Shown piece by piece: positions 18,957 to 28,861 of a stretch of DNA of 64,000 bases. Position numbers and translations under genes: made by a program. The stretch comes from a virus: the IMG/VR virus record IMGVR_UViG_3300033153_008400, positions 32,001 to 96,000 of that record. The stretch is one strand, 5' to 3'. Below the pieces are notes generated by a model, which was not told the DNA's origin, searched no databases, and saw only the letters and a list, made by a program, of their open reading frames with translations. The first letter of the stretch is position 1. Each line of letters opens with the position of its first letter.

Positions 18957-21900
18957 TGGGATGGTTAGACAAATATAATGATATTCCTAAAGCCCAAAGT
19001 GGTAAAGTAATTCCTCTTGATGAGGTTGAGATTGAAGGTTATAGTAGAGATAAACAAGCTTTATATGATAGATATGTAAAAGATAATCATTTTGATTCTG
19101 ATTCTACTCATGGAATTAACTTTCTTTATGATAAATATGTAACTCCTGATAGAAACTATATGAAAGAAGGATATGAGAAAGATTTAGCTAAGTATAATGA
19201 TAGTTTAAAATTATGGAAAATAGGTGAAGAAGAAAAAAGAAGATATTTTGAACTCCTTAAAAAAAATAATTTGTCTGCTGATGATTTATGGAATTATTCA
19301 AAGGAGCAAGGTATGTCAAGATCTGCTAAAATACAACCTATAAATTATAACAGAGTTCTTCGTGCTCAAAATCCTGAAAATATGTGGGGACAACGTTCAA
19401 ACGAAAATTATTATAGAACTATTACTAAAGAAGAAGGAGTAGATGAAGATAAAAATACTTATAGGTATTCTATTGATGGTAAAATAAAAAAAATTCCTTG
19501 GGACAGTAAAACAGCTTTTGAAATAGATCAAGGTTATCACACATTTAAAAAACCAACCAGACCAGTTCCACCTAAACCTAGAAAGAAGGTGGAAGTAATA
19601 AAAAGTAAAACAAAAAAAGTTTCCTCTATAAAACAAAAAGAAAATAATACACTAATACCAAGAAGAGAAACTCCTGTAAATATTAAATCTTATGATGTAA
19701 CACAAATACATGATAAACATTCAACAAGAGGAAAACACACTACACCAGAAAAGACTGAAGAATTATTTGATGATTATCAAAGGTTTAAAGATATTGAAGG
19801 TGGGCCAAGATTGAAGGTGATTCCTAATTATCAAGATGGTGGATGGTTAGGTAAATATGAAAATGGTGGAGTAATAAAAGATAACCGTGGACAATGGGAT
19901 CACCCAGGAGAGATCACAGAAATATCAGGAAATAAAATGAGAACAGATGGTTATGGAGATACATCATTATATGTAGTACCAGATAAAGGAAGTCCTAAAG
20001 TAATCCATGCTAATACAGGAACTCATGAATTTCCTGGAGCTACAAAGTTTACAGAATATCCAATGGCTCAAGATCATGGTGATTTAATGAAGAAAGATAA
20101 TACTAGAGTAGCTTCTCCTCATGTTAAAACATTTAATCCTCAACAAATAGAGAATGTTGCAAATAGTAACTGGGCATTTGAAAGTAGAATTAGACTTGAT
20201 GATGAATTATGGCAAGAAAGAGAAGATAATACTGTTTACCCTCCTGAATGGCCTGAGTTAAATCTTAAAGATAAAAGAAAAATTAGAGCTACTACAGGAA
20301 AACCAGTAAGACCTAAATATGATTTAATAGGAGATAAATATCAGTTAAATAATATAGATGATATAATGCAATATGCTAGACATAAGGGACTTACTAAAGA
20401 AGACTTATGGAATTTGGCAGCGATTGAGATGCAAGAGACTGGTTGGGGAAAAAGATCAGAAGGAACTGTAGGACATGTACTCGGTAATTATGGTGGTAAT
20501 GATGATGCAGAAAATTTTGTTAATGCTTATATAGCTAAAAAAGCAGAGGCTAAAAGATTAGGAATTACTGATCCTGCAAAAATACTTCAAATTTATAATG
20601 GTACAGGTATAGTAAGAAAAGATACTGAAAAAGATGTTCATGGTTATGAGATGAAGAAAATTTATGGTGTTTCTATTCCTAAGGAGGGAATAGATATGTC
20701 TAAGAATCCATTATATGGAAAACAGATTATAGATATTAGAGATAATGTATTGAAAAATGATGTTAATGTAAAAAAGTATATAGACTCTACTGCAGCATCT
20801 AAAGAACCTTTTCCTCAATATTTAATGCCTGAACAAATGAACTCTCCTTGGGAGAAGTACTTATGGAAACTTCAAATAGAACAAGAAAAGAAAGATTCAT
20901 TATTACATGCAGAACAAGAAGAAAAGAGAGTTAGAGATCTTTCAGGTGGAGAACTTTTTCCTATTGAGAAAGAATTAAAAGGAGGTAAGATAGAACAAAA
21001 TGGTGGTTGGATAGATAAAATGCAAGATGGTAATACAGTTTCTCAAACATGGGAAAAAACTACTGGAACTAATTGGTCTCAAGCTAAAGAACGTGGTTTG
21101 ACAGATGGTTCTTATGATAATAATATTAAATTATTAAATGACCTGAAAAGTGGTATGTACGATAGAGATACACCAAATACACCTATTTCAGAAAATACTA
21201 ATTTTAATGAAGCTTTTGCTAAAGCTAGAAAGATTAAAGGAGCTAATAAATTATTTAGATACGAAGGTAAAATATATGGTACAAACATAGCTAATGAAAA
21301 ATTTAATCCTACTGATGCTGAATTAAAACAATTTAAAATAGATACTCCTGAAGTAAAACAAAATATTAAAGAAAATATTAAAATTATAAATTCACCTTAT
21401 GTTTCTACAGCTACAGTAGATAATACGCCTATAACAGGAGAACCAAAATGGCAGAATTGGAATGATATTAGAGCTAGGGATGCCGAACTTAATAAAATGA
21501 GTAATGTAGACCTAATCAATCAATATCATAAAAGAGATACCAAGACTACTAGTTATACAGTAAAAAGTGGAGATAACTTAAGTGAAATAGCTAGAGATAA
21601 TGGTGTTACTTTACAAGATCTTAAAACATCTAATAATTTAAAAAGTGATTTGATAAAACCAAATCAAAAGTTATCTATAGAAATTGCTCCAGAAGGAGCT
21701 ACTCAATATTTAATTATTGATAAGAAAACAGGGAAGAGTCATTTATATAGAGGAGGTAAAGAAGTAGCATCCTTTGATATGTTAGTAGGAGAAAATGAAG
21801 GAGATGCTCAAACTGTAACCAAAGTAAAAGATCCTTCTGATGATGGTATACCTATTACTAGTGAAGAATCTAAAACAGCAAAAGCAGATTGGCCTGCAGG

Positions 21901-22984
21901 AAATAAATCAACGGGTGCAGGAGAATTCACTATTAGTGTTGCTAGTCCAACATCTGAAAGACAATATGGTAGAGGACCTTCATTTAATTTAAAAAATAAT
22001 GTTGGTGATGAGATATCTACTACTTTGCATGGTGCTCCTGGGAGGAGAAATTATTTTGGTTCGAGTAATCCTAAACGTTCCAATGGTTGTATTAATGGTA
22101 AATGTAAAGATTTAGATGAGCTTTATAATACTTATGGTTTAACAAAAGGAGATAAGGTTTATATTTTACCTGAAGATGAAGGAAATAATTTTATTATAAG
22201 AAATAATAAATTAGTATTTGATGTTAATTCTGAAAAGGATTATGAGAACTATACAGATAAAAGAGGTAAACCACAAAAAGGTCAAGGTATAAATAGAACT
22301 GTAAATAGCTTAAAATATAACCCTATTAAAATAGAATTTGATGAAGGTAGATTTAGAGAGGAAAAATTTACTGCACTTGATTTTGATGATGAGAAAGAAC
22401 TAAATAATGTAGTTAAACCTTTTATAGCAGCGTTGTCAAAAGATAAACAGCAATTAATGAAAGATTTAAAAATAGATGGAGATATTTATAATGAAATAGC
22501 TAAAGCTACTTTTGGTATATTTGGAGTAGAAAGTACATTTGGAGACACAAACCTAGGTATAACTAATCTGGGTAAAGGTATTTACAGAAAAAGTGTAGAT
22601 TGGTTAAATGAGAAAGGTTATACTAATAAGAAAACTCCTGGAGCACCTGATACTAAAACAGAAAGTATGTATAATGCTATTATGGGAAATGAAGAATTTG
22701 CATCTTCTGGATTAACACAAGTAGTTTGGGGACAACTTTCTGCTTCAGAGAAAAAAACATTATATAAGTATAATATTTATAGTGTACGTAGTCTTAACAA
22801 TCCTAAAAAAGCAGCATTAGCTACATTAATTATACTAGGACACAGATATAATAATGAAATTAAAGGAAAGAAAAATCCTTCTAATATAGAGAGTGATTTA
22901 GCTTTTGCATGGAATCACGGTAAAAAATATGACATGAGAGTAAAACATGCCACAAGATTCATTAACTTAAAAGAATTAAGATAA
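18956..22984 (+). CDS. Virion cargo protein with peptidoglycan-active domains (lysozyme-like, LysM, L,D-transpeptidase-like, second lysozyme/SLT-like)
   Basis: LAAIEMQETGWG...YNGTG; LysM YTVKSGDNLSEIARDNGVTLQDLKTSNNL...IKPNQKL; YkuD-like LIIDK...LHG...RSNGCIN; FGVESTFG...SSGLTQV...AWNHG. Confidence 0.75.
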   Translation: MGWLDKYNDIPKAQSGKVIPLDEVEIEGYSRDKQALYDRYVKDNHFDSDSTHGINFLYDKYVTPDRNYMKEGYEKDLAKYNDSLKLWKIGEEEKRRYFELLKKNNLSADDLWNYSKEQGMSRSAKIQPINYNRVLRAQNPENMWGQRSNENYYRTITKEEGVDEDKNTYRYSIDGKIKKIPWDSKTAFEIDQGYHTFKKPTRPVPPKPRKKVEVIKSKTKKVSSIKQKENNTLIPRRETPVNIKSYDVTQIHDKHSTRGKHTTPEKTEELFDDYQRFKDIEGGPRLKVIPNYQDGGWLGKYENGGVIKDNRGQWDHPGEITEISGNKMRTDGYGDTSLYVVPDKGSPKVIHANTGTHEFPGATKFTEYPMAQDHGDLMKKDNTRVASPHVKTFNPQQIENVANSNWAFESRIRLDDELWQEREDNTVYPPEWPELNLKDKRKIRATTGKPVRPKYDLIGDKYQLNNIDDIMQYARHKGLTKEDLWNLAAIEMQETGWGKRSEGTVGHVLGNYGGNDDAENFVNAYIAKKAEAKRLGITDPAKILQIYNGTGIVRKDTEKDVHGYEMKKIYGVSIPKEGIDMSKNPLYGKQIIDIRDNVLKNDVNVKKYIDSTAASKEPFPQYLMPEQMNSPWEKYLWKLQIEQEKKDSLLHAEQEEKRVRDLSGGELFPIEKELKGGKIEQNGGWIDKMQDGNTVSQTWEKTTGTNWSQAKERGLTDGSYDNNIKLLNDLKSGMYDRDTPNTPISENTNFNEAFAKARKIKGANKLFRYEGKIYGTNIANEKFNPTDAELKQFKIDTPEVKQNIKENIKIINSPYVSTATVDNTPITGEPKWQNWNDIRARDAELNKMSNVDLINQYHKRDTKTTSYTVKSGDNLSEIARDNGVTLQDLKTSNNLKSDLIKPNQKLSIEIAPEGATQYLIIDKKTGKSHLYRGGKEVASFDMLVGENEGDAQTVTKVKDPSDDGIPITSEESKTAKADWPAGNKSTGAGEFTISVASPTSERQYGRGPSFNLKNNVGDEISTTLHGAPGRRNYFGSSNPKRSNGCINGKCKDLDELYNTYGLTKGDKVYILPEDEGNNFIIRNNKLVFDVNSEKDYENYTDKRGKPQKGQGINRTVNSLKYNPIKIEFDEGRFREEKFTALDFDDEKELNNVVKPFIAALSKDKQQLMKDLKIDGDIYNEIAKATFGIFGVESTFGDTNLGITNLGKGIYRKSVDWLNEKGYTNKKTPGAPDTKTESMYNAIMGNEEFASSGLTQVVWGQLSASEKKTLYKYNIYSVRSLNNPKKAALATLIILGHRYNNEIKGKKNPSNIESDLAFAWNHGKKYDMRVKHATRFINLKELR

Positions 22985-22989
22985 ATCAT

Positions 22990-22997
22990 TACCTTTG
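22990..22997 (+). promoter_or_regulatory. Bacteroidota-type -7 promoter box TACCTTTG
   Basis: Exact TAnnTTTG match in the short intergenic gap, about 30 nt upstream of the ATG at 23027. Confidence 0.5.
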
Positions 22998-23026
22998 AAT
23001 AAAATATAATTTAATACCTACACACA

Positions 23027-25864
23027 ATGAGAGCACAAATGTTTAAAATCGCAGGAGTTAAGACTGAAAAGGAGTTTTATAAGAAGTTTCCAAACGAAGC
23101 ATCTTTTATGAAAAAACATGGAAAAGCTTTTAAGAAAGCTCAAGATGGTTTTATGGATAAGATGGGAGGAGTTGCTGGTTTGGCAGGTATAGCTGGAGAT
23201 ACTGCAGGTATGATAAGTGCGTTTGGAAAACAGAGTGACATGGTTGATACTACTGAACAACAAAAACAAATCACTGCTCTTAATGTTCAGGCTATGGCAA
23301 TACCAGGAGAAAAAATTGAGAATCAATATTATCGACCTGAAGATGCTGCATTTTCATATGATCAGTTTAGCCCAGGTTCTGTAAATACTAATATTCTCAC
23401 ACAAGATGGTGGTATATTTAAAAAAGCTCAAGACGGCAAATATATTCCTATAGCTCAGAATAATTATAATTGGAATCCTAATCAGATGGTAGGTCCTAAT
23501 GACCAACCTGAAAATATTGGACAACCTAAAGTACCTCAATCAAACAATAGAACTGGATTTAAAGATTGGTTTGGAAAACCAGCAACATCAGATCAATTTG
23601 ATAAAGATGGTAATATACTTCAGACAGGAATGAATAATGGTCAAATGGTTGCTGAAACTATGGACAAAGTAGCTGGTGTAGCTGGTATGAAAAATCATAA
23701 ATCTGCTTATGGTAAGGCAGGTAAACTTATAGGAAATGTAGCAGGTAAATTTATTCCTATTCCTGGCGCAGGTGCTGTATTAGGTAAAGGTTTAGAATTA
23801 ATTGGTTCAGCAGTTGATCCTCAAGCTAGAAAAATCAAGAAAAACCAGAATGCGATAGAACGTAGTATGAATCAAATGACAGGTATGGGTGTAGGAGCTT
23901 CAGTCCAAGGAATGTATAGTGCAAATGTACAAGATGGTGGTGAGTATACTACTATGGATGAAGATGTACAAGTATTGGGAGATGGAGCAATTGAAACATC
24001 ATCATTTAATCCTACTATTGAAGGTGGAGGTGAATCTGCAAATATTTATGGTGATGCTCATCGTGGCCCCAATGGAGATGATGGTGGTGTAACTCTTGAT
24101 GTGAATGGTAAACGTATCAAAGGTGAGGGAGGAGAAGTTATCTCTTCGTTAGGAGATAAGAAGATAATATATGGTAATCTTCCTATAACTAAAATTACTG
24201 CAGATACATTGTTAGGAGACTCTATGGCCGCAGGTAAAAAATCTAAGAATTATGCTAAAGGTATTAACAAAGATGAGGATAAATCTAATAAAGCTTTAGA
24301 GAAGAATATGAAATCATTAAATGAATTGGTGGTGAGATCTTCTTTTGATAAGTTAAAATTAAAAGGATTAGAAGCAATGGATTTAGGACATAATATGAGG
24401 CTTGGTATAGCTGCTGAGAAAAAACAAAATTTAGCAGATTGGCAAAGCTCTGTTACTGAAACTGCAGATGAGTTTGGTATTGTAGCTAATGATTTAGCTA
24501 GAGGCAAAATTAAAGTTGATAAAGGTGCATTTACACCTTCTAATGCTACAACTGCTCAAGAGGGTATTGAAATTCCTATAGCTCAAGATCATGCTGGAGC
24601 TAAAGATCAAGAAGATAGAAAAACATTTACTAAAGGAGAAATAGAACAATATAAAAAAGATGGTTGGAAATTATCTGATGATGGAAAAACTCTTACACTT
24701 AAAGGTACAAATGAGACTAAAGAACTTGTATTTAAAGGTGAGGAAGGAAGTGGTGGAGATAGTAAAGTGATTAAAGGTAAATCTAAAACCTGGAATGAAG
24801 CGTGGAATACAAGAGATAAGAAATTATATCCAGAATCTGAATATACAAAAGAACAGTATATTGTTGAAGCTAAACGTCAAAAAGCTGCTAATCCTGAAAT
24901 GTATACAGAATATGAAGCAGGTAAAAAAGATCGAACGATTACTACTCCAATTGTGCAACCTACACAAGATAAGTATAAAACTATTCCAGGGTCTCCAGAT
25001 AAGAATATGTATTTAGATGACCCTACTGGTGAAGATGAAAAGAAAAAATTTGGTGTAGGAGATGCTATGGCTATAGCTAATGGAATACTTCCTTATGCGC
25101 GCCCTAGTGATGCAGATGATTTTGACCACAGACAATTATATGGAGAAATGTTTGCTCTTTCACACAATAAGGTAGAACCTGTAAAAGCACAACAATATCA
25201 CCCTCAATTAGATGTTCCTTTTGATATTTCTTTACAAGACCAAAGGAATGATGTTACAGCAGCGACTAGATCTGCGAGTAAATTAGCAGGATACAATCCT
25301 GCAGCTCAGGCAATGATAGCAGCTCAATCATATGAACCTCTTAATAAAATCAATGCAGAAGAATTTAGACTGAATCAAGCTAAAAAAGATCAAGTGTACA
25401 GTGATAACAGAGCTACTATGAATCAAGCTCAGCTTACTAACTTAGGTATATTAGATCAACAAGCTAATCGTCAATCAATAGCTAAATCTAATACTAAAGA
25501 AGCTACTCAATTAGCATTAAATTCTATTGGTGACAAATATGCTAAGCACAGATTAGAAAATAAGACTTTAGGTATTTATGAGAACATATACAACTATCGT
25601 TTTGGTGACAATAATATAGCTCAGAATATGAATCCTTTTGCTAGATTTAATATGCAAGGAAGTGGTAATATGGGCTCAATGACTAATGATCAACAACTTC
25701 TATATCTTGAAGATAAAGTAGATTATATGAAAAAAGCTAGAAAAGAAAGAATAAAGTCATCAGGTATTCCTAGTAACGCCAATCCTCCTTGGAATGGAGG
25801 ATATGGACAAGATGGGGTAACTATCAAAAAGACTAATCTAGTAAAAGCTCTTAAGAATTACTAA
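23027..25864 (+). CDS. Cargo / ejection protein (crAss cargo-1-like)
   Basis: 945 aa; Gly-rich hydrophobic hairpin (GKLIGNVAGKFIPIPGAGAVLGKGLELIG), GDAH...GGV...EGGEV motif, Gln/Asn/Ala-rich coiled C-terminus, repeated AQDG motifs; lies between muzzle and vRNAP. Confidence 0.65.
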   Translation: MRAQMFKIAGVKTEKEFYKKFPNEASFMKKHGKAFKKAQDGFMDKMGGVAGLAGIAGDTAGMISAFGKQSDMVDTTEQQKQITALNVQAMAIPGEKIENQYYRPEDAAFSYDQFSPGSVNTNILTQDGGIFKKAQDGKYIPIAQNNYNWNPNQMVGPNDQPENIGQPKVPQSNNRTGFKDWFGKPATSDQFDKDGNILQTGMNNGQMVAETMDKVAGVAGMKNHKSAYGKAGKLIGNVAGKFIPIPGAGAVLGKGLELIGSAVDPQARKIKKNQNAIERSMNQMTGMGVGASVQGMYSANVQDGGEYTTMDEDVQVLGDGAIETSSFNPTIEGGGESANIYGDAHRGPNGDDGGVTLDVNGKRIKGEGGEVISSLGDKKIIYGNLPITKITADTLLGDSMAAGKKSKNYAKGINKDEDKSNKALEKNMKSLNELVVRSSFDKLKLKGLEAMDLGHNMRLGIAAEKKQNLADWQSSVTETADEFGIVANDLARGKIKVDKGAFTPSNATTAQEGIEIPIAQDHAGAKDQEDRKTFTKGEIEQYKKDGWKLSDDGKTLTLKGTNETKELVFKGEEGSGGDSKVIKGKSKTWNEAWNTRDKKLYPESEYTKEQYIVEAKRQKAANPEMYTEYEAGKKDRTITTPIVQPTQDKYKTIPGSPDKNMYLDDPTGEDEKKKFGVGDAMAIANGILPYARPSDADDFDHRQLYGEMFALSHNKVEPVKAQQYHPQLDVPFDISLQDQRNDVTAATRSASKLAGYNPAAQAMIAAQSYEPLNKINAEEFRLNQAKKDQVYSDNRATMNQAQLTNLGILDQQANRQSIAKSNTKEATQLALNSIGDKYAKHRLENKTLGIYENIYNYRFGDNNIAQNMNPFARFNMQGSGNMGSMTNDQQLLYLEDKVDYMKKARKERIKSSGIPSNANPPWNGGYGQDGVTIKKTNLVKALKNY

Positions 25865-25947
25865 CTAAGTTAGTTATAAATTATTAACTAAATTTGTTAG
25901 TTAGTAATTGTATATAAATATAATAACATGTAAATTTGATAAATTTG
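25862..25947 (+). promoter_or_regulatory. Promoter region with three TAAATTTG boxes and TAACTAA/TTAGTTA inverted repeats
   Basis: TAAATTTG at 25889, 25931 and 25940; inverted repeats at 25862-25876 and 25885-25903. Confidence 0.5.
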
Positions 25948-25966
25948 CGTATTTAAAATAAACACT

Positions 25967-28861
25967 ATGGCCAGTTATACTGATAAAGCACCAACTTTTA
26001 GTCCTTATGTAGCACAGAAACCCGTTGATGCTATGGTTAAAGTTGGTATGTATAAACAAGCTCAGTATCAACAGGGGTACGAGAAAATACAAGATAGCAT
26101 TGACAATATTGCAGGGTTAGATATTGTTCGTCCACAAGATAAAGCACACTTACAGACTAAGTTAAATGAACTGGGTACAAAATTACAAAGTGTGGCTGCT
26201 GCTGATTTCTCAAACTTTCAATTAAGTAATTCTGTTGCAGGTATGGCAAGCAGTCTTATTAAAGACCCAGGTATAAGTGGGGCCGTAGGTGCTACTCAAC
26301 GTTTTAAAAGAGAACAAGAATTTGTTGCTGCTGCTAAAAAAGATGGTACATTGACTCCAGATAATTTATTACACTATCAAAAACAAGTGAAGTCATATTT
26401 TGATGATGAAGAAATAGGAGCTTCTTTTAATGGTCAGTATGTACCTCATTTTGATGTATTTGAATTTGCCAAAGAAACTTTCTCTGAGATATTACCAGAT
26501 GGTATGAGTTATGATGAAGTATTCATATTAGGTAAAGATGGTTTACCCGTAGAAGATAAAAACGGGAATTTGATGTATGCCCCTGCTATGACTAGAATTA
26601 TGAAAGAAGGCAGGTTCCCTGAAAAAGTCAGGCAAACCTTAAATCAAATTTTTTCTGATCCTAGAGTAGCTCAACAGTTACAAATTAGTGGAGAATATAA
26701 TTATCAAGGATTAGATTCGGATGCTCTGATTGCTAAAACTAATAGATTAAAAGATAAAGTATCTGCATCTTATGAAGAAAAAAGAATAGAACTTGGTGCT
26801 CAATTAATGGCAGGAAGAGATGTTCAAAAACAATTAGATGAATTAGATGTCCAAAAACAAAGGTCAATCGACTATTATGAATCATTAGCAGAATTAGCAG
26901 GAAAAGACTCTGAAAGAGCTAGAGGTGCCTTATATAAAGATGAAGTTAATTCTAGGTATACTACAATGTTTGGTCAAATTAAAACAGAGACACAAATATT
27001 ATCTAGTCCTCCAGCAAATTTTCAGTTTAAATTAAAACAGGAAGCTAATGATATATGGCAGTGGGAACAGGAACAACTATATAAAAGGGATCGAGATAAA
27101 ATAGAAGATTCACAGTGGCAAGCAACTCATGATCAAAGAGCAAAATTAGCTGGTGATAAATTAAAAGCTGATAATGCTGGATTAGATGGAGGAGGTACGG
27201 GGCCTGCAGGAAGTGGTGGTGCTCTTCAAGGACCTGAAGATGCTAATTTTGACAACTCTAGTTTCCAACAACAAAATTATATAAATGCTGGTGTACGTCT
27301 AAAAGAAGCTAATAATGCATTAGTATATAAATTTTTAACAGATACTAATGGAGTTCTTGAAGATGAAGTAAAGGATATGGTGACACAGGGAGTGTTATCT
27401 GAAACAGAAGCAATAAATTTTGTAATTGATAGGGAATCCAAAGGAGTTATACTTGATGAAGAGCTTCAAAGAGTTAATGCTATCAGAATATCAAATAGTC
27501 AAGAACCTCAAACTAAGCAAGAGTTATATGTTGAAAAAGTTATAGATGCTACTTCAAAGGAATTATTCAGTATGCGTCCACAAGACAGACAACAAAAGCC
27601 TATATCTACACATTTATTAAGAGAACAAATAAAAGCTAATAAAGCTTTTACTGCTGAAAGTCTTGATAATAAGACAATAGAAGATGCACTTCTTATAGAT
27701 TTTAAAGATCAATCCGAACCAGAGTTAATTGCATCGGTAGAGCCTCAAACTATGGTGTATAAGGATATAGAATATGAGTTATCCCCAAAAGATATAGTTG
27801 ACTTAGCTATTATTAGAAGAGGAACTAAGCATAGAATATTTGGATTTTTAGATAATAGATTGGCTAGAAGAGCAGCAGAACAGGCACAGAATAGACTTAA
27901 AGCAAATGGTAAAGGACCTGTAATTGATGCTATGCGTGCAGATTTAGTTGTGCATGATGCAAGTCAAGATCCATTTAATTATATACCTTCATTAATTAAA
28001 GATAATGTTATTCAGATAGGAATAGAAGCTTACAAATATGAATCAGAGAGAGGAGTTCCTACTAGAAAATGGGATCAAATGTTTAAAGTTTATGATGCAA
28101 TCAATAATGAGAAGTCTATACAGAGGATGGAGAGAAGAGAGGAAATTACAAAAGAAGTGTATTCTAAGAATCCTAATTTAAATACAGGACTTCTTACTGG
28201 AAACACAGAAACAGATAAAAAGACTATAACAGCGTTGTCACGAATGGCTGGAGAATATAATGAAATAGGACAAAATATGTCTCCTACTTTTGCAGCATTT
28301 TATACACATATAAATGATGCAAGGAAAAATGAGTATGGTATAGGCACAAGTGTAGTTACTGGTGCTGATAATCAGCCTGCAGTCTCTGTGAAAATATATG
28401 ATAGTACTCTTGATGGAGGAAAAAATACTCCTGCTATGGTTATTACTGATGCACAAGCGAAAGAATTACAAGTAGATACAGGAAGATTATTTGATACACC
28501 AGAGGTACACAATGTAAGAAAGACACTTGATAATCAAGGTAAGACTAGTAAATGGAATATTGAAGAATTATCTACTTATTTAAAAATTGGTGGAGGATAT
28601 TTTACAATGAATGATTTACCTTATTTAGAATCGAACATTGTGGATGTTCAAGCAAATATTGAAAAAAGAGGGAATATGTATTTTCCTATCCTTTATATCA
28701 ATAACGGGGAAGTGAGATTCACAGAATGGCTAACAGAGTCTTCTAATTTGGGTGATGTAGTAAGAGAAATAAAAAATAGTGATGCTCTATTAATTAATAG
28801 TTTAATATCAGAAGAATATGTCAAACGGCAAACCGAATACAATAACAGGGTCAAAGAGTAG
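25967..28861 (+). CDS. Cargo / ejection protein
   Basis: 964 aa, helical; N-terminal PYVAQKPVDAMVKVG..KQAQY resembles crAss cargo proteins; directly precedes the vRNAP gene. Confidence 0.6.
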   Translation: MASYTDKAPTFSPYVAQKPVDAMVKVGMYKQAQYQQGYEKIQDSIDNIAGLDIVRPQDKAHLQTKLNELGTKLQSVAAADFSNFQLSNSVAGMASSLIKDPGISGAVGATQRFKREQEFVAAAKKDGTLTPDNLLHYQKQVKSYFDDEEIGASFNGQYVPHFDVFEFAKETFSEILPDGMSYDEVFILGKDGLPVEDKNGNLMYAPAMTRIMKEGRFPEKVRQTLNQIFSDPRVAQQLQISGEYNYQGLDSDALIAKTNRLKDKVSASYEEKRIELGAQLMAGRDVQKQLDELDVQKQRSIDYYESLAELAGKDSERARGALYKDEVNSRYTTMFGQIKTETQILSSPPANFQFKLKQEANDIWQWEQEQLYKRDRDKIEDSQWQATHDQRAKLAGDKLKADNAGLDGGGTGPAGSGGALQGPEDANFDNSSFQQQNYINAGVRLKEANNALVYKFLTDTNGVLEDEVKDMVTQGVLSETEAINFVIDRESKGVILDEELQRVNAIRISNSQEPQTKQELYVEKVIDATSKELFSMRPQDRQQKPISTHLLREQIKANKAFTAESLDNKTIEDALLIDFKDQSEPELIASVEPQTMVYKDIEYELSPKDIVDLAIIRRGTKHRIFGFLDNRLARRAAEQAQNRLKANGKGPVIDAMRADLVVHDASQDPFNYIPSLIKDNVIQIGIEAYKYESERGVPTRKWDQMFKVYDAINNEKSIQRMERREEITKEVYSKNPNLNTGLLTGNTETDKKTITALSRMAGEYNEIGQNMSPTFAAFYTHINDARKNEYGIGTSVVTGADNQPAVSVKIYDSTLDGGKNTPAMVITDAQAKELQVDTGRLFDTPEVHNVRKTLDNQGKTSKWNIEELSTYLKIGGGYFTMNDLPYLESNIVDVQANIEKRGNMYFPILYINNGEVRFTEWLTESSNLGDVVREIKNSDALLINSLISEEYVKRQTEYNNRVKE

